A stretch of DNA of 59,417 bases from Lama guanicoe (taxonomy: Eukaryota), in contig MU053911.1 in assembly GCA_013239625.1 (NCBI GenBank), positions 1-59,417 on the forward strand. Reading direction: 5' to 3'. The position numbers and the translations under genes are program-made. The notes beneath the pieces are model-generated. The model worked only from the letters and a program-made list of their open reading frames with translations. It had not been told where the DNA came from and searched no databases. Positions 25,101 through 38,807 of the stretch are shown here, piece after piece (position 1 is the first letter of the stretch; each line of letters opens with the position of its first letter).

Positions 25101-26014
25101 GGGGAAGGATGACCCAGCTGTGGAGAACTTTCCAAGTGGGGTCAACATTACTTGTGGAAATACACTCGGTGACTCTTTATCATAGCTTTCCTGAGTAATG
25201 TTTGCCAGGTTTAAAAGTCAGTTTTTTTAAAACATTTTTTATTAATGACCTTCAACTTTGGCCCTCCAACGTATCCCCACTTTTCATTTTATTTTAGACT
25301 TGCCACAAGAGGTATTTCCCTCATCCATTATAACTCACCCAAGCCCCTCTCTACCATTCCGTAGCTTTCATGTCTTTTAAAAGTCATCCAAAACTCACCT
25401 CCTTTGGGGATCTTTTCCTGATTAAAAGGGAACACTGCTTTCTGTAGTAATCTGTTTACAAGAAGGTGCATTATAATTTACACAGGAGAACGATTCCTGA
25501 AATGCTTGCAAGTTACTCTTTACAGACAGTATTTTAATGCACAAGCAACCTCTGGTTTGAAAGAACTCTAGTATATTACTCTAAAATGGGAATAATTAAT
25601 TTCTGTCTTGTGTAGGAATGTATGCATACATATATCTTATATAGATATTTATATGTGTGTATCTAAGAAGTTAATTATAATGCAAATTAGTTAGCAGTTC
25701 TTGGGTTTAATACTCTTGAGATATGCTGCCTTGTAAATATTTTGGTTTTGATACGTGATTAAGTGCAAGGACTCTGCTACTTCTTTGTGTTCTTCAAAAG
25801 CAACTGGCACAGTGCTCAGCCTACAGTGGATACCTAATTCCATAAATTTTTTTGTTAATAATTGCTTTTTATTTGGATTTCTAATTATGATCAGGGACTA
25901 AAGAGTTATTTTCTACTTTTGAAGAGTATCTTTATTGAGCCTTCTTAAACAGCCTGCAATCTAGGTAGTATGTATCTCTCTAAATAAATCTACCTTTACT
26001 CAAAAAAACCCCCA

Positions 26015-27120
26015 TCTTTATTGAAATATAATGGATATACAGTAAGCTGCTATAAATATGTACTTTAATATTTTCATACACATGTGTATGAAAGCATGTA
26101 TCAATTATATACCTATGAAACCATCAACACAAGTAAGACAAGGAATATAACCATCATACCAAAAGTTTCCTGTGCCTCTCTGGAATAGCCCTTTCCTCTC
26201 CTCCCTGCCCTTTCCTCCGTCCCAGGCAACTACTTCTCTGTTTTCTGGAACTGCAGCTTTTGCATTTTCTAGAATCTTACAAAAATGGAATCACACAGTA
26301 TGTGCTATCTTTAGCTTGTTTCACACAGCATTCAGAAGTAAAGTTGCTATGAATATTCACATTCAAGCTTCCATTTCACTTAAGTGTATACTCGGGAGTA
26401 GAATGGCTGGATTATATAGTAGGGATGTTTAACTTTTTAAGAAACTGTCAAAAACTGGACCTACTCCCCTACTGGCCTTACACGAATGTTCTTGCTGTTC
26501 TGCACCCACACCTACACTCGGCATAGTCAGTGTTCTTGATTTCAGATATTTTAAATGTAGTGGCTTAAATCTGCATTTTCTTAATGTCTGATGATAATAA
26601 TCAAGTGCTTACCTGATATCCATTTATATCTTTGGTGAAGTATCTGTTCTTTTGCTCATTTTTTGGTGGATTGTCTGTTTTCTATTATTGAGTTGTGAGA
26701 GCTTTTATGTATTCTGGATACAAGTTATTTATCAGGTATGTGATGTGCAAATATTTTTTCTTGGTCTGGAGCTTATCCTATCATTTTTCTTGATAGTAAT
26801 TTTCCAAGAGCAGGAGGCCTAAATTTTGATGAAGTCCAATTTACCTATTTTTTTATTTTATGGTTTATGCTTTTGGAATAGTGTCTAAGAAGTCTTTGTC
26901 TAACCCAAGGTTACATAGATTTTTCTTCCATATTTTGTTCTAGAAATTTTATAGTTTTCAGTTACATTTAACTCTATGACGCACTTTATTTTTATCTGAT
27001 GGGGGTGCGGACCAAGTTAGTTTGCTTGTTTTTGCAGACACATGTCTAGTTTTATAGCACAATTTGTTGAAAAGATTATTTGCAACTTTGCTGAAAATCC
27101 ATCGACACTATACGTGGGTC
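26015..27120 (-). mobile_element. Old L1 (L1MB/MC-like) fragment, antisense
   Basis: ggagtagaatggctggattatatagtag, attttgatgaagtccaattta, gcacaatttgttgaaaaga. Confidence 0.75.
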
Positions 27121-27122
27121 CT

Positions 27123-29141
27123 TGTCTGAATCTGTTTAGGACTCTATAACAGAACATCATAGACCTGGCGACTTTTGAACAACAAACATGTATTTCTCAT
27201 AGTCCGTAGGCTGGGAAATCCAAGGTTGAAGCACCAGTAGGTCTGGCATCTTGTGAGGACCCACTTCCTTGTAGGTTCTTTTCCTCCAAGTCCCCACATG
27301 GTGGAAAAGGGTGCTAGAGCCCTCTCAGTTCTCTTTCATAAGGACATTAATCTTGTTCATGAGAGTTTGCCCTCCAGACCTAATCATCTTCCAGGGGCTT
27401 CACCTCTTAATACCATCACCTTGGGGGTTAGATTTCAAAATATGAATTTTAGGGAGAGACAAATGTTCAGACCATTACCATTCCTGCTTCTGTTCCCTGC
27501 CCCCCCATTCATGTCCTCTTATCACATACAAAATACATTAATTCCATCCTAATAGCCCCTAAGGTCTTAATTTGTTCCAACATTAACTTAAAAATCTAAG
27601 TCTAAAGTCTCCCTTAAGTATCATCTAAATCACATATGGGTGAAACTCAAGGCACAGTTTCTCTTGAGGCAAATTTTCCTTCAGTCGTAAACCTGTGAAG
27701 TCAAACATAGTCTGCATTTCCAAAATACAATGGTGGGACAGGCTGAGGTTAGACAACCCCATTTAAATGGAGTAGGAAAGAAGAAAGGGTAACAGGTCCC
27801 AAACAAGTCTAAAACCCTGGGCTTAAGAATCTTTGGCTAGATGCATGGCCCTCTAGCTCCCTGGGGCAGAGGTCCTGCCTTCTGCACACTGGGGCACTTG
27901 GGCCCCCAAGGCTCTGGATGACCCTGCACTTATGGCTTTGGGTGGCCAGACTCTGGGGCTGCTCTGTTCCTGGGCCCACTGTGGGATTCTCTGCAGTGTC
28001 CCCACCTCCATGGCAGCTCTGTGCCTGGGCACAGCACTGGAGGCTCGCCATTGCGGGAATTGAGTGGTGGCTCTACCACTTTGGGTTTATGAGGGGGATT
28101 CCATCCTCAAGGCTCTGCTGAGTGTTGCCCTAATAGGGGCATTCTGCAGTGGCCCCATGCTTGCACAATCCTGACTCTGCTCCTGTGACAGGAGGGGCAC
28201 CCTCAAGATTTCTGAAATGCATGTGGGGTCATTCTTCCATTGTCTTCATTTAGGTGGCTGACTAATCTCCCCATTGTCTTGATGAGTAGCTTCTAGCTTC
28301 TTCTTCATTTTTGGCTTTTAGCTTTTTGTTGAGTTGGCTTATCCATGGTAATATCCTTATCAGTTTTGGCCACACCCTTCTGTTCTCTCCTTAACAGAAT
28401 TTCTCATGTTTTCCAATATAGATAGGCTGAGAATTTTCCAAATCTTTTAAGCTCTGTTTCTTGCATTTAATTATAAGCAGTCAGAAGCCAAGCCACACCT
28501 TCAACACTTTGCTTAGATGTTTCCCAGCCAAATACCTAATTTCATAACTCACGACTTCTGTTGCTGGAGAATAGGTTCTTGTCTTGCACAGGAAAGAGTT
28601 TAAGAGCGGGCCATAGTAAAGTAAGAGTAGATTTATTCAGGGAGATACACAGTCCATAGAATGTGGGTCTCAGAAGGCAAGAAAGGTGGCTGGAGATGGG
28701 GTTATTAGTGTTTTGGGGCTTGATAATTTCACGTGCTAATGTGTAGGAGGATTATTCCAACTATTTTGGGGAAGGGATGGGGATTTCCAAGAAATGGGCC
28801 CCCACCCACTTTTGGGCCTTTTATGGTCAGCCTGGGAACGATGTGGCACCTGTGGGTGTGTCATTTAGCAGCTAATGTACTATGATGAGTGCGTAATGAG
28901 GCGCAAGGTCTACTGGAAGTCAAATCTTCGGCCATCTTGGGCTGAATTGGTTGTAACTAGTTTATGTTCTATCCTGAATTGCTGTGTCATTCTTTTAATG
29001 GTTATGCCCTGCCCCCTTCTTTCCTCTCTCAGTTCTACTTTCTGCAAAAGATGAGGACATGAACACAATTTAATGAACTTATTTCCCAGTTTATAAAAAG
29101 AATTGCTTTTCCTCTATTGTCCAATAACATATTTCTCACTT
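27123..29141 (-). mobile_element. MaLR (MLT1A/MST-like) LTR (27123-~27480) plus internal sequence, interrupted by an ERV1-type LTR
   Basis: LTR motifs atttctcatagtccgtaggctgggaaatccaagg...cttaataccatcaccttgggggttagatttcaa, followed by MaLR-internal-like caaaatacaatggtgggacaggc and gctgagaattttccaaatc. Confidence 0.7.
28559..29031 (-). mobile_element. ERV1-class solo LTR (MER41-like)
   Basis: TG...CA ends, antisense poly(A) signal (gatttattc ~28630), gaagtcaaatcttcggccatcttgg; flanks cttc/gttc form a near 4-bp TSD. Confidence 0.6.
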
Positions 29142-29563
29142 TGTTGTTGAACCCAAGTTTATGTGCCCAGCAGACAGTGAGGCCAAGCAAACTGCAACAT
29201 TGGCATTTGGAGCAGAAGAGGTTTATTACTTGAGGGATCACCAACCCAGGAGATGGGGGACCTAGATTTGCCACAACTTCATCATGTTGGCTGGCCAGGG
29301 GGTAAGATTCTTAAAGGCGAAAGGGGAGAGGGGAGGGAGGGGTCTCTGTGATTCCAAGTTTTCAATAAGATCTCAGTTGTAGACTTTTTGTCGTCACCTT
29401 GTAACTTTCTTTGTCCCCAGTAATCGTGATTGATCTACGTGTTCCTGCAAAGCAGATTGGTAACTCACGGTCTTGTGATCTTTTAACTAATTTCTAGGAG
29501 ACATCAGAAGCAATGGTTGGCATTATATTTACTTAGAGCCTATGTGACAGGTTACGAATTTCA
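29142..29563 (-). mobile_element. Second ERV1-class LTR
   Basis: tgttgttgaacccaagttt...cagtgaggccaagcaaac...ggtttatt...gaatttca, with TG/CA termini and an antisense AATAAA. Confidence 0.55.
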
Positions 29564-29654
29564 ATCCCCATTCAGCCCCTGCTGGTATCTTCAAGACCAT
29601 TTGGGCCTGCAGTCCCTTTGTTTCTGCATTCCCCCACTTCCCTAATTAAGTCTT

Positions 29655-30013
29655 TGCTATGGTCTGAGTGTTTGTGTCTCTCCCAAATTCATATGTTGAA
29701 ACTCACCTACAAGGTGATGGTACTAGGAGATGGGCCCTTCTGGAGGCGATTAGGTCCTGGAGTGGAGCCCTCATGGATGGGATTAGTGCCTTTATAAAAC
29801 AGGCACCAGAGAGAGGTCCCCTGCCCCTTTCACCGTACGAGGTTATAGTGAAAAGACAAGCATCTAAGAAGCAGGAACTCACCAGACGCTGAATCTGCCA
29901 GCAACTTGCTGATAGATTTCTGAGCCTTCATAACTGTGAGAAATAAATTTTTATTGTTTATAAACAGCTCAGTCTGTGGTATTTTGTTATAGCAACCCAA
30001 ATGGACCAAAACA
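29655..30013 (+). mobile_element. MLT1A-type MaLR solo LTR with 5-bp TSD
   Basis: tgctatggtctgagtgtttgtgtc...aactgtgagaaataaatt...ttgttatagcaacccaaatggaccaaaaca; TSD GTCTT at 29650-29654 and 30014-30018. Confidence 0.85.
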
Positions 30014-33000
30014 GTCTTTAATTCATCTCAGCAATGGTTTATAGTTTTCAGTGTGCAAGTACTGAATACACTTTGTCAGATTTATTCTTAAGTATTTCTT
30101 ATTTTTGATGCTATTGCAAATGGTATTTTTAAAATTAAACACAGTTGTCTCATTAGTGCCTTCTATCAGGTTGAGAAAGTCCCATTCTATTCCTGGTTTG
30201 CAAATAGTTTTTTAAATCAGAAATGGATGTTGGACTTTGGCAATTCTATTTTTTTTTTATAGTAGTATTATGACATGGCTTGTCTTTCCTTTTTCTTTTT
30301 AATATAGTGAATTACACTGATTGATTTTTGAATGTTAAAAAACCTTACATTCTTCGGATTAAACCCTACTTGTTCATGATGAATTATATTTTTTACTATA
30401 CTGTTGAATTTAATTTTGCTAAAATTCTGTTTAGAATTTTTTGCACATATACTCATATGGAATATTGGCCTTCAGATTTCTTTTATTATTTCTTTTATTA
30501 TAGTGTCTTTATCTGGTTTTGGTAAAAGAGTAATGCTGTTTGAAAGAGTTAAGATATATTCTCACCAAATTTTTCTAGAAGAGTTTGAGAAGAACCTATG
30601 CCTTAAATTCTCCTCGAAATTGAGCTTTGGTAATTTGTACTTTTCAAGGAATTTATCTACTCATCAAAGTGTTGAATTTATGATCATAAAATGATTATAA
30701 TATTCTCTTAAAATTATTTTATTTTCTCTACAATTTGTAGTGATGTCATTTCTTCCCTGATATTAGTAACTTATATCTTCTATCTTTTATTCCTGGTCAC
30801 TATGGCTAAATATTTATGAATTTTTATTATCCTCTTAGAGAACAAGCTTTGAGTTTTATTAGTATTCCCATATGTTGGTTTGTTAGTTAATTGTTTTTTG
30901 TCTGATTGCTATTATTTTCTTTTTTTTCTTAATGTTTAATTTGGGTTTGCATTGTTCTTTTTTTATGAGGTGGAAACTGAGGACATTGATTTGACATATA
31001 TAATTTTCTAATACCTACAATCAGTGCAATTTTTCCTGCTTCTCTTGCAGTTCACACATTTTTATATGTGTGTTTTCTATCAACTCAAAATACTTTATGC
31101 TTTCCCCTTTGATTGTTTTTTCTAGATCTGCATTACTTTGTTTCCAAATACTCGGGGGATCGTCCAGATATCTGTTATTGCTTTCCAGCGTTACTCCACT
31201 ACAGTCTGAGAAAATTTTATATGACTTGAACCTTTATAAATTTGTTGGGACTTGTTCTGTGACACAGAATACAGTCTATTCTGTTTCGTGGTATGTGTGA
31301 ATTTGAAAGAGGCAACATACATTCTTGTGTTGTTAGATGGAGCGTTCTGAAAATGTCAGTTAGATCAAGTTGGTTCATAGTATTCAAACCTTCTATATCC
31401 TTACTGATTTTCTGTGTTTCCTCTATAAATTATTGAGAGAGGTGTTGAAATTGAAGTTTGCAGTTCTTTTAATTTTTGCTTTGCGTATTTCAAAGCTCTG
31501 TATTAGGTGCATAAGCATTTAGAATTACTATGTTCTCTTAATAACCTGATACTTTTATCATTATGAAATAATCCGTTTTATCCTAGTAATATTCTTTGGT
31601 TTAAACTCTGCTTTGACTAATATTAATATAGCCACTGCTCCTTTATTTTGATTTAGTTTTAGTACAATTTATCATTCCATTCCTTTAGTTCTAATTTATT
31701 TGTGCCTTCATATTTAAAGTGAGTTTCTTTAAGGTAGCATATAATTGGATCTTGCTTTCTTACCTATTTCCACTTTTTGATGGAAGTGTTCAGAGCATTT
31801 ATATTTAATGTGATTATCTACCATATTGTTATGTTTTCTACTTATTCTATCTTTGTTTCTCTCTTCCTCTTTTCCTATCTTTTTGATTATTTAAAAAATG
31901 ATTGTATCACCTTTGTTGACTCATTATGTATAACTCTTTGTTACATTATTTTAGTGGTTGCTTCAGCATTTACATTATGTATCTTTAATGTTACACAGTC
32001 TACTGTCATGTGACTCTTCACTACTATATATATATAGCAAAAGAACCTCATAACAGTATATTTTTATTTCTTCTTTCTTGGCCTTTGTGCTATTATTGTC
32101 ATGCATTTTACTTCTTCATGTTTCAAGCCCCACCATATGTTATCATTTTTGCTTTAAACAGTTGACTGTCTTTGAATGTGCTTTAAGTATAAGCAAAATG
32201 TGTTTCTATGTTCCTACTTACTTACTGTTCCTGGTGCTCGTCATTTCTTTGTGTAGATCAAGATTTCCATTTGATCTTGTCTTCATTCCTCTTGAAGGAT
32301 TTCCTTTAACATTTCAGGTAGAGCAGGTGCGCTGATGATGTATTCTTTCAGTTCTCTATGTATGAAAAATTCTTTTGTTTTTTCAGCTTTATTGAGATAA
32401 AATTGACATATAACACTCCGTAAGTTTAAGGTGTACAATGTAAAGCTTTGATATATGTTTATATTGTGAAATACGTACCACAGTAAGGTTAGCTAACATA
32501 TCTATCCCTTAGTTACAATTTTATGTTTTTTGTGGTGAGAACCATATTATCAATTTTTAAATATTCAACACAGTATTGTTAATTATAGTCACTATGCTAA
32601 ACGCTACATCCCTTAAACTTCTTAACCCTAAAACTGGAAAATCATACTCTTTGATTTTGTACACCATAACCGATTTTGCCTTCCTCCCACCCCTCAACCT
32701 CTGGCAACCACCAACCTACCGTTTCTTTGAGTTTGTTTTTTCAGATTCCACATATAGGCGAGATCTATTGTATTTGTCTTCCTCTGTCTGACGTATTTCA
32801 CTTAGCATGATGCCCTTGAGGTCCATCCATGTTGTTTTAAACTGCAAGATTTCATGCTTGCTTATAGCTGAACAATATTCTAACAATTTCTTTATCCATC
32901 CATCTGTTGATGGACACAAGTTATTCTCATGTCTTGGCTATTGTAAATAATGCTTCCATGAACATGGAAGTCCATGTATCATTTTGAGATAGTGATTTAC

Positions 33001-33329
33001 TGATTTCATTGCCTTCAGATATATATTCCATAGTGGGATTGCTGGATCATATGGTAGTTTTTTTTTTAAGTTTTTAAGGAAATTTTATACTGTATTCCAC
33101 AGTGGTTTCACCAATTTACATTCCCACCAACAGCGCACAACTGTTCTCCCTTCTCCTCCTTATTGCCAACACTTACTATTTCTTGTCTTTTTGATAACAG
33201 CCGTTCTAACAGGTGTGAGGCGGTATCTCACTGTGGTTTTGATTTGCATTCCCCGGATGATTCATGATGTTGAGCACCAGTTCGTGTATCTGTTGGCCAT
33301 CTGTACGTCTTCTTTGAAAGGCTAAACTT

Positions 33330-33778
33330 CGTATTAGCTTCCTAGGGCTTCTATTATAGATTATTACCAACTTGGTGGCTTAAAACAAAATGAATATATT
33401 CTCTCATGAAATCTGAAATATTTCACTGGGCTAAAGTCAAAGAGCTGACAGGGTTACACTGCCTCCAGAAGCTCTCGAGTGTAATTCCTTTCTTGCCTCT
33501 TCCAGTTCTTGGTGACTGCTACATTCCTTGACTTGTGACCACACTACTCCAATTTCTGCCTCCATGGTAACACTGCATTCTCCCTTTCTATGTCAAATCT
33601 CCCTCTGCCTCCTTCTTGTAAGGAGACTGGTGACACTCAGATTATCCTAGATAATTTCTTCATACCAAAATCCTTAACTTAATCACATCTGCTAAGTCTT
33701 TGCCAAAAAAGGTACATTCACAGGCTCTAGAGGTTAAGACCTAATGTCTTTGGGGGCCATTATCCAGTCCACGTCACA
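33330..33778 (-). mobile_element. MLT1B/C-type MaLR LTR
   Basis: gtattagcttcctagggct...caacttggtggcttaaaacaa...tccttaacttaatcacatctgc...ggggccattatccagtcc..caca. Confidence 0.8.
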
Positions 33779-34242
33779 GCCTACTTTCAAGTGGTATTAC
33801 AACACTTCATGTATAGAATTAACCTTACAATGGTACATTTCCACGCCTCCCAATTGGCTGTTGGGCTATTACTGTTATACATTTTACTTTTATGTACGTT
33901 CTAAATTCTTCACTACATTGTTACTGATTGTTCTTTAAACAATTATTTCTCAGAATTTAAATAAGAAAAATATCTTTATATATATTCACATGGTTTCCAT
34001 TTTTAGTGCTCTTTAATTCTTTGATAAATTTAGATTTCCATCTGGTATCATTTTCCTTCTGATTGAAAGAGCTGCTCCAACATTTTATGCTACTGATTAA
34101 TTTTTTCAGCTTTTGCGTTTTGCAAATTCTGTATTTCACCTTGTTTTTTGATAGATAATTACTCTGGGTAAAGAACTGTAGATTAACTTTTTTTTTTTGT
34201 CTTTCAGTACTTTAATTATGTTGCTCTTTTGTCTCCTGTATT

Positions 34243-35251
34243 TTTTTTCATTTTAAACAATAAGTTTATTTAAACAACAAGATGCTTGACTTGAAGGGAA
34301 AACTATCTAGGATTCATTTTCTTTTAGAGTAATTTATCCCTACTTAAAGACAGATTGCCCTACATGTAACAGCTACATACAAAAAAGTTATAAAATTTCC
34401 TTGGTTTTACAATGATAAATGAAAAACATTAGAATTCTCCAATCGAACAAGGTATGCAAGGATTTTTATGTTGTTCTTTTTTTGTTAAACAGTGAGCACA
34501 AAATAACTTACTGGCATGTAAAGATAAGAGCTGAATGAGCATGCCACTAGTGGAGAAAGGGGGTATTTTCACAGAACCAGTAGTTTTCCCCATCCCATCT
34601 CCATTTGATGTCGATCAAAACATACCATTGGCCATTTAGTTTAAAAAAAAATGCAATATGCTTGTGCACATACACGAGTTACTTGATGTACAATAAAGGA
34701 ATGGGGAAAGGGAAAATGAAAGAATAGAGAAAACTATACTGTAGTAGTCAGGATGTGCTGGAACCAAATTGCCGTTTTTTAATTGAGAATGTCTTCTTGG
34801 TCCGGAGCAACAGAATTCTGGAGTAAGATAGTAGGTTCCCTTTCTAGTAGACACCTCCTGTCTGCTGCTGGAACACAATTGTATCTTCATCCTCCACTTC
34901 CAGCTGTGCAGTTGTGTCTGTTTCATTGATTGGCTGCCCCTCAAATTGGAATCTGATCTGCCTCATTGACAAACCCTGTCGTTCCCAATAGGCTTTCATT
35001 ATTTTACTAAGTGGTGTATGCCTCTTATCTTAAACTGCACCACAGAACCATCCTGCCCTGCCACCTTCAAATTAACATGATCAGCGTTCTCAGTCTTGAC
35101 TCCTTCCTTGGGCTTTTCGTCAGCCATGGCAAGTGCTGGAGTCTCCTCAGCTACCACTTCACAAAAGAGGTACCAGGTCCACACTGAATGAGCACACGAG
35201 CAGCACCAGGAGCGGCAGAAGAAGGAGGCGGCAGCGGTGGAGGACGGAGAG
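34243..35251 (-). pseudogene. SUMO2: SUMO2 processed pseudogene (CDS 35127-34844, frameshifted)
   Basis: [34 protein letters not shown], then a 1-nt deletion. The shifted frame gives [60 protein letters not shown]. Intronless with UTRs, AATAAA at 34270-34265, a short A tail, and TSD TGTCTCCTGTATT at 34230-34242 and 35252-35264. Confidence 0.96.
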
Positions 35252-37947
35252 TGTCTCCTGTATTGCATTTAAACATTTTTGATACATTTATATATTGTAA
35301 TATAATTGTCATTGTGGTGATATTTAGCCCTATCACGTTACCTTTTGTACAATATTGTTGTCTATACTCATTATACTGTGCATTAGATCTCTATGGCTTC
35401 TTAAGTTGTTGCAAGTTTGTACCCTTAAACAACATCAATCGTATCCTCCTAATCCCCATCCCCTAGTAACCACCATTTTACTGATTTTATGAGTTTGACA
35501 TTTTTAGATTCTACATGTAAGTGCTATCATACTTGTCTTTCTCTGTCTGACATCTCATTTAGCAATGTTGTCTTCTTGCACCATTTTTGACAAAATATCT
35601 GTTGTCATCCTTATCTTTGTTACTGTGTATGTAATGTGCTCTTTCCCTTCTGGTTTATTTAAAGATTTTCTTTTTTTCAGTGTTTTTAAGCAACTTGATT
35701 ACAATGTGTCTTGTTTCCTTTATGTTCCTTGTGTTTGATGTTTATTGAACTCCTTGGACCTGTGGAGTTATACTTTTTATCATACTTTGAAAAATATTTA
35801 GGACTCCACATACATGTATGTCACTTGAAATTGCTCACAAAATCTTTTCTGTATCTTTCTGGATAGTTTCTCTTGCTATGACATCAGGTTCATGAATCTT
35901 CTCTTCTGTAATTGCTAACTTACTGTTTCTCTCATCCAGTGAACTGTCTCATCTCAGACACTGTAATTTTCATTTCTAGAAAGTTGATTTGAGTGCTTTC
36001 ATGTCTTCTATGTCCCTACTTAACATGTTCAGTCTTTCCTCTAGATTCTTGAATATACAGAATAGAGTTGTAATAACTTTTATTGTCTGTCTATTAATGC
36101 TCATCTGTCACGTCTGGGGTTATTTTGACTGATTTTTATGTCACACATTGTATTTTCCTTTCATTTCATGCTTTGCAACTTTTGATTTGATGCTAGGACA
36201 GTGTGATTTGTACCTTTTTGGGTGCTGGATGTTTTGATATATCTATAAACATTTTTGAGTTCTGTTCTGGGTCTCCATCAAGTTATTGGAAGAACTGATC
36301 CTTTCAGGTCTCACTTTGAAGATTCATTTGGCAGGTCCAGAAGAGTGTTTAGGGTAAGAATAATTTTGACCATGTCCTGGGGCAAAATGGTTCTGAGTAC
36401 TTACGAGTACCCCAAAATTACACAACTTTTCACTCTAGCTGGTGGGAACATGAAATACTCCCAGCTCTTTGTGAGCTGAGTATCGTACCCTATGGGGCTT
36501 TCAGGTGGTTCCTCCCCCAATCTAGCGTGTATGCATCCATACATGCATATGGTGACCAGCTGTGGACTTGAAAAGTCTGAGGACTTATGGAACAGTCTGT
36601 TCTTCAATCTTCTCCAGTATTCCCACCTTTGAACTTGAGCTTCCTTGGCCTTCCTGGACATCCTTTTCTCCTCAACTCAGGGAAACTGCTGGAATCCTTC
36701 TGTGTTCCCCACTCTTTGCATTATGGCTTGGAAACTCCTCTTCAGGAAGTAAGCTTAGGAAATCATAGGGCTCATCTTGCTTGTTTCCTGTTACACAGAG
36801 AAAACTGTCATTCACTACCTGTTAGACAATGTTTTGAAATTCATTGTTCCATATATTTTGTCTGGTTTTTCAGTTGACCCAGACCGGAGGATAAATCCAG
36901 TCCCTGTTACACCATTTTGGTTGGAAGCAGAAATATTCATATGATGCTTTGAACAATGATATAAATGGTATATGTCTAAAGTATAAGGTCTATGATCCAA
37001 TTCAAATTAAATTTCAGGTATGACTCTAGCCAGGAGTCATGGACAATTTTTTTCCTTTTAATGATATCAGCTGTTTTGTGACTACTGGTTGGATTTTTCT
37101 TTTCCCATTGAAGTGCATTGACACCACTGAAATCAACTGAATGTGTATGAGTGGGTGTTTCTGACCTATTTTGTTTCATTACTCTGTCTATCTTTGTGCA
37201 ACACGGTATTGCTTTCATAACTACAGATTTCTAGTAACATCTTAAATCATATAGGGTAAGTTATTTAAATATATGTTCATTTTTCAAGATTGTTTTGGCT
37301 ATCCTAGATCTATGCATTTCCATATAAGTTACACAATTATTTTGTCAATTTCTACCAAGTAGTCTGCTTGGATTTTGATTGGAGTTACATTTAATCTATA
37401 AACTCAATGTTGATAAACATACATCAATTTAAGCACAGTTAACATTTTATCAATATTGTGTCATGGAACTTGGTATTTATTTCCATTATTTGGATCTTCT
37501 TTAATTTCTCTCAATAATGTTTTATAGTTTTATTTGTAAAAGTCTTGCATATTTGAAGTTAAAATTGTTCCTAAATATTTAATATTTTTTAGTCATAGTA
37601 TAAATAATTCTATAAAAAGCGTACATTGTCTTGAAGGAATTCAATTGTTTGTTGCCAGTATGTAGGAAAACAATTGATTTTTGTATATTTACCTTCAACT
37701 CATGACCTTGGTACATTCAATTGTTAGTTTTAGTAGTTTGTAGGTTACTTTGGATTTTCTTTGAACATAATCATGTTATCTGGAAATAAAAAGTTTTCTT
37801 TCTTTCATTAAAATCATTATGTCATTTATTTCTCTTTCTCACCTTGTACTGGCAAGACCTCTAGTACAATATTGAATAGAAACAGTAAGAGTAAATAACC
37901 TTGTCTTATTCTCAATCCTAAGGGAAAATTATTTTATTTTTCACCAT

Positions 37948-37987
37948 TACGGCCATATCACCCTGAACGTGCCCGATCTCTTCTGAT
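37948..37987 (+). pseudogene. 5S rRNA 5' fragment (about nt 4-43), tailless retropseudogene
   Basis: tacggccatatcaccctgaacgtgcccgatctcttctgat versus recalled mammalian 5S TACGGCCATACCACCCTGAACGCGCCCGATCTCGTCTGAT (3 mismatches in 40 nt). Direct repeat ATTTTTCACCATTA at 37936-37949 and 37986-37999. Confidence 0.9.
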
Positions 37988-38807
37988 TTTTCACCATTAA
38001 ATATGATGTTAGCCTTAGAATTTTCACAAATGTCCTTCATCAGTTGAAAAAGTGTCCTATTCCTAGGTATTGTTTACCTGTTTTCAAAGAATAATGGACT
38101 AATTCATGTCAAATGTTTGAGCCACTATATAGTTTGACATTCCGTACTTATTATTCACTTTCTGGAATTCTTCACTTTCACTTCACCAGCACTAATATTA
38201 GTCTTTGGTTCCTAGCCGTATTGAGTATTAAGGCCACCACACTATATGGATGCTCGATTTTTGGCTAGAACTCATGTTGAGTGGTTTGCTCATGAAGGTT
38301 AATTTGACAACTTGATCATTCAGATCTTAACAGCAAAATTCGAAATGACTAGACATAATCAATCTTCAGGGTTCTGAAAAATAGTAGCAATCTGCTGTGT
38401 CAAATCTAGAAAGTTTGGGGAGATCTCTTTTAAACCAAATGTCTTTTATGATTTTGAGACATTTTGAGACATTTCTGTTTCCTACCTCTTTCATTTACAA
38501 TGGTTTGGGAAGACTTTGGATTTAGTAATTTAATCCTTTGTAAACAATTTCCTCAGATTAAATTTATTGCCAGCTCTCCTCTCCTGCCACTTGCTATATT
38601 GCTTAATAAGTTTGATCACTAAACCTTTATTTCTTGCTTTTTATTACTGATGTAATTTGTGCATACTGAAAAATGCACAAATGATAACCACAAACCTTCA
38701 TGACTTTCTGGACACATCCAGAAACTTAGAGCAGGAAATATTTCTGGTACTCCAGAAGGCTTCTGCATCCCTTTCCTAGTCATTAACAACTCTTAACTAC
38801 CAAAGGT

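Larger units (their letters stand above)
30014..38070 (-). mobile_element. Composite of antisense L1 fragments with nested insertions (younger L1 ~32385-33320, MLT1 LTR, SUMO2 retrocopy, 5S fragment)
   Basis: T-rich strand bias and L1 ORF2-like minus-strand peptides (KNIIHHEQVGFNP at 30268-30456; TWMDLKGIMLSEIRQTE at 32716-32919). Confidence 0.75.

Noticed and set aside
37948..37987. Functional 5S rRNA gene
   Set aside because: Only ~40 of ~120 nt are present, with no internal promoter boxes.
38451..38473. Tandem ATTTTGAGAC duplication
   Set aside because: Two copies only, consistent with ordinary slippage; not an array.
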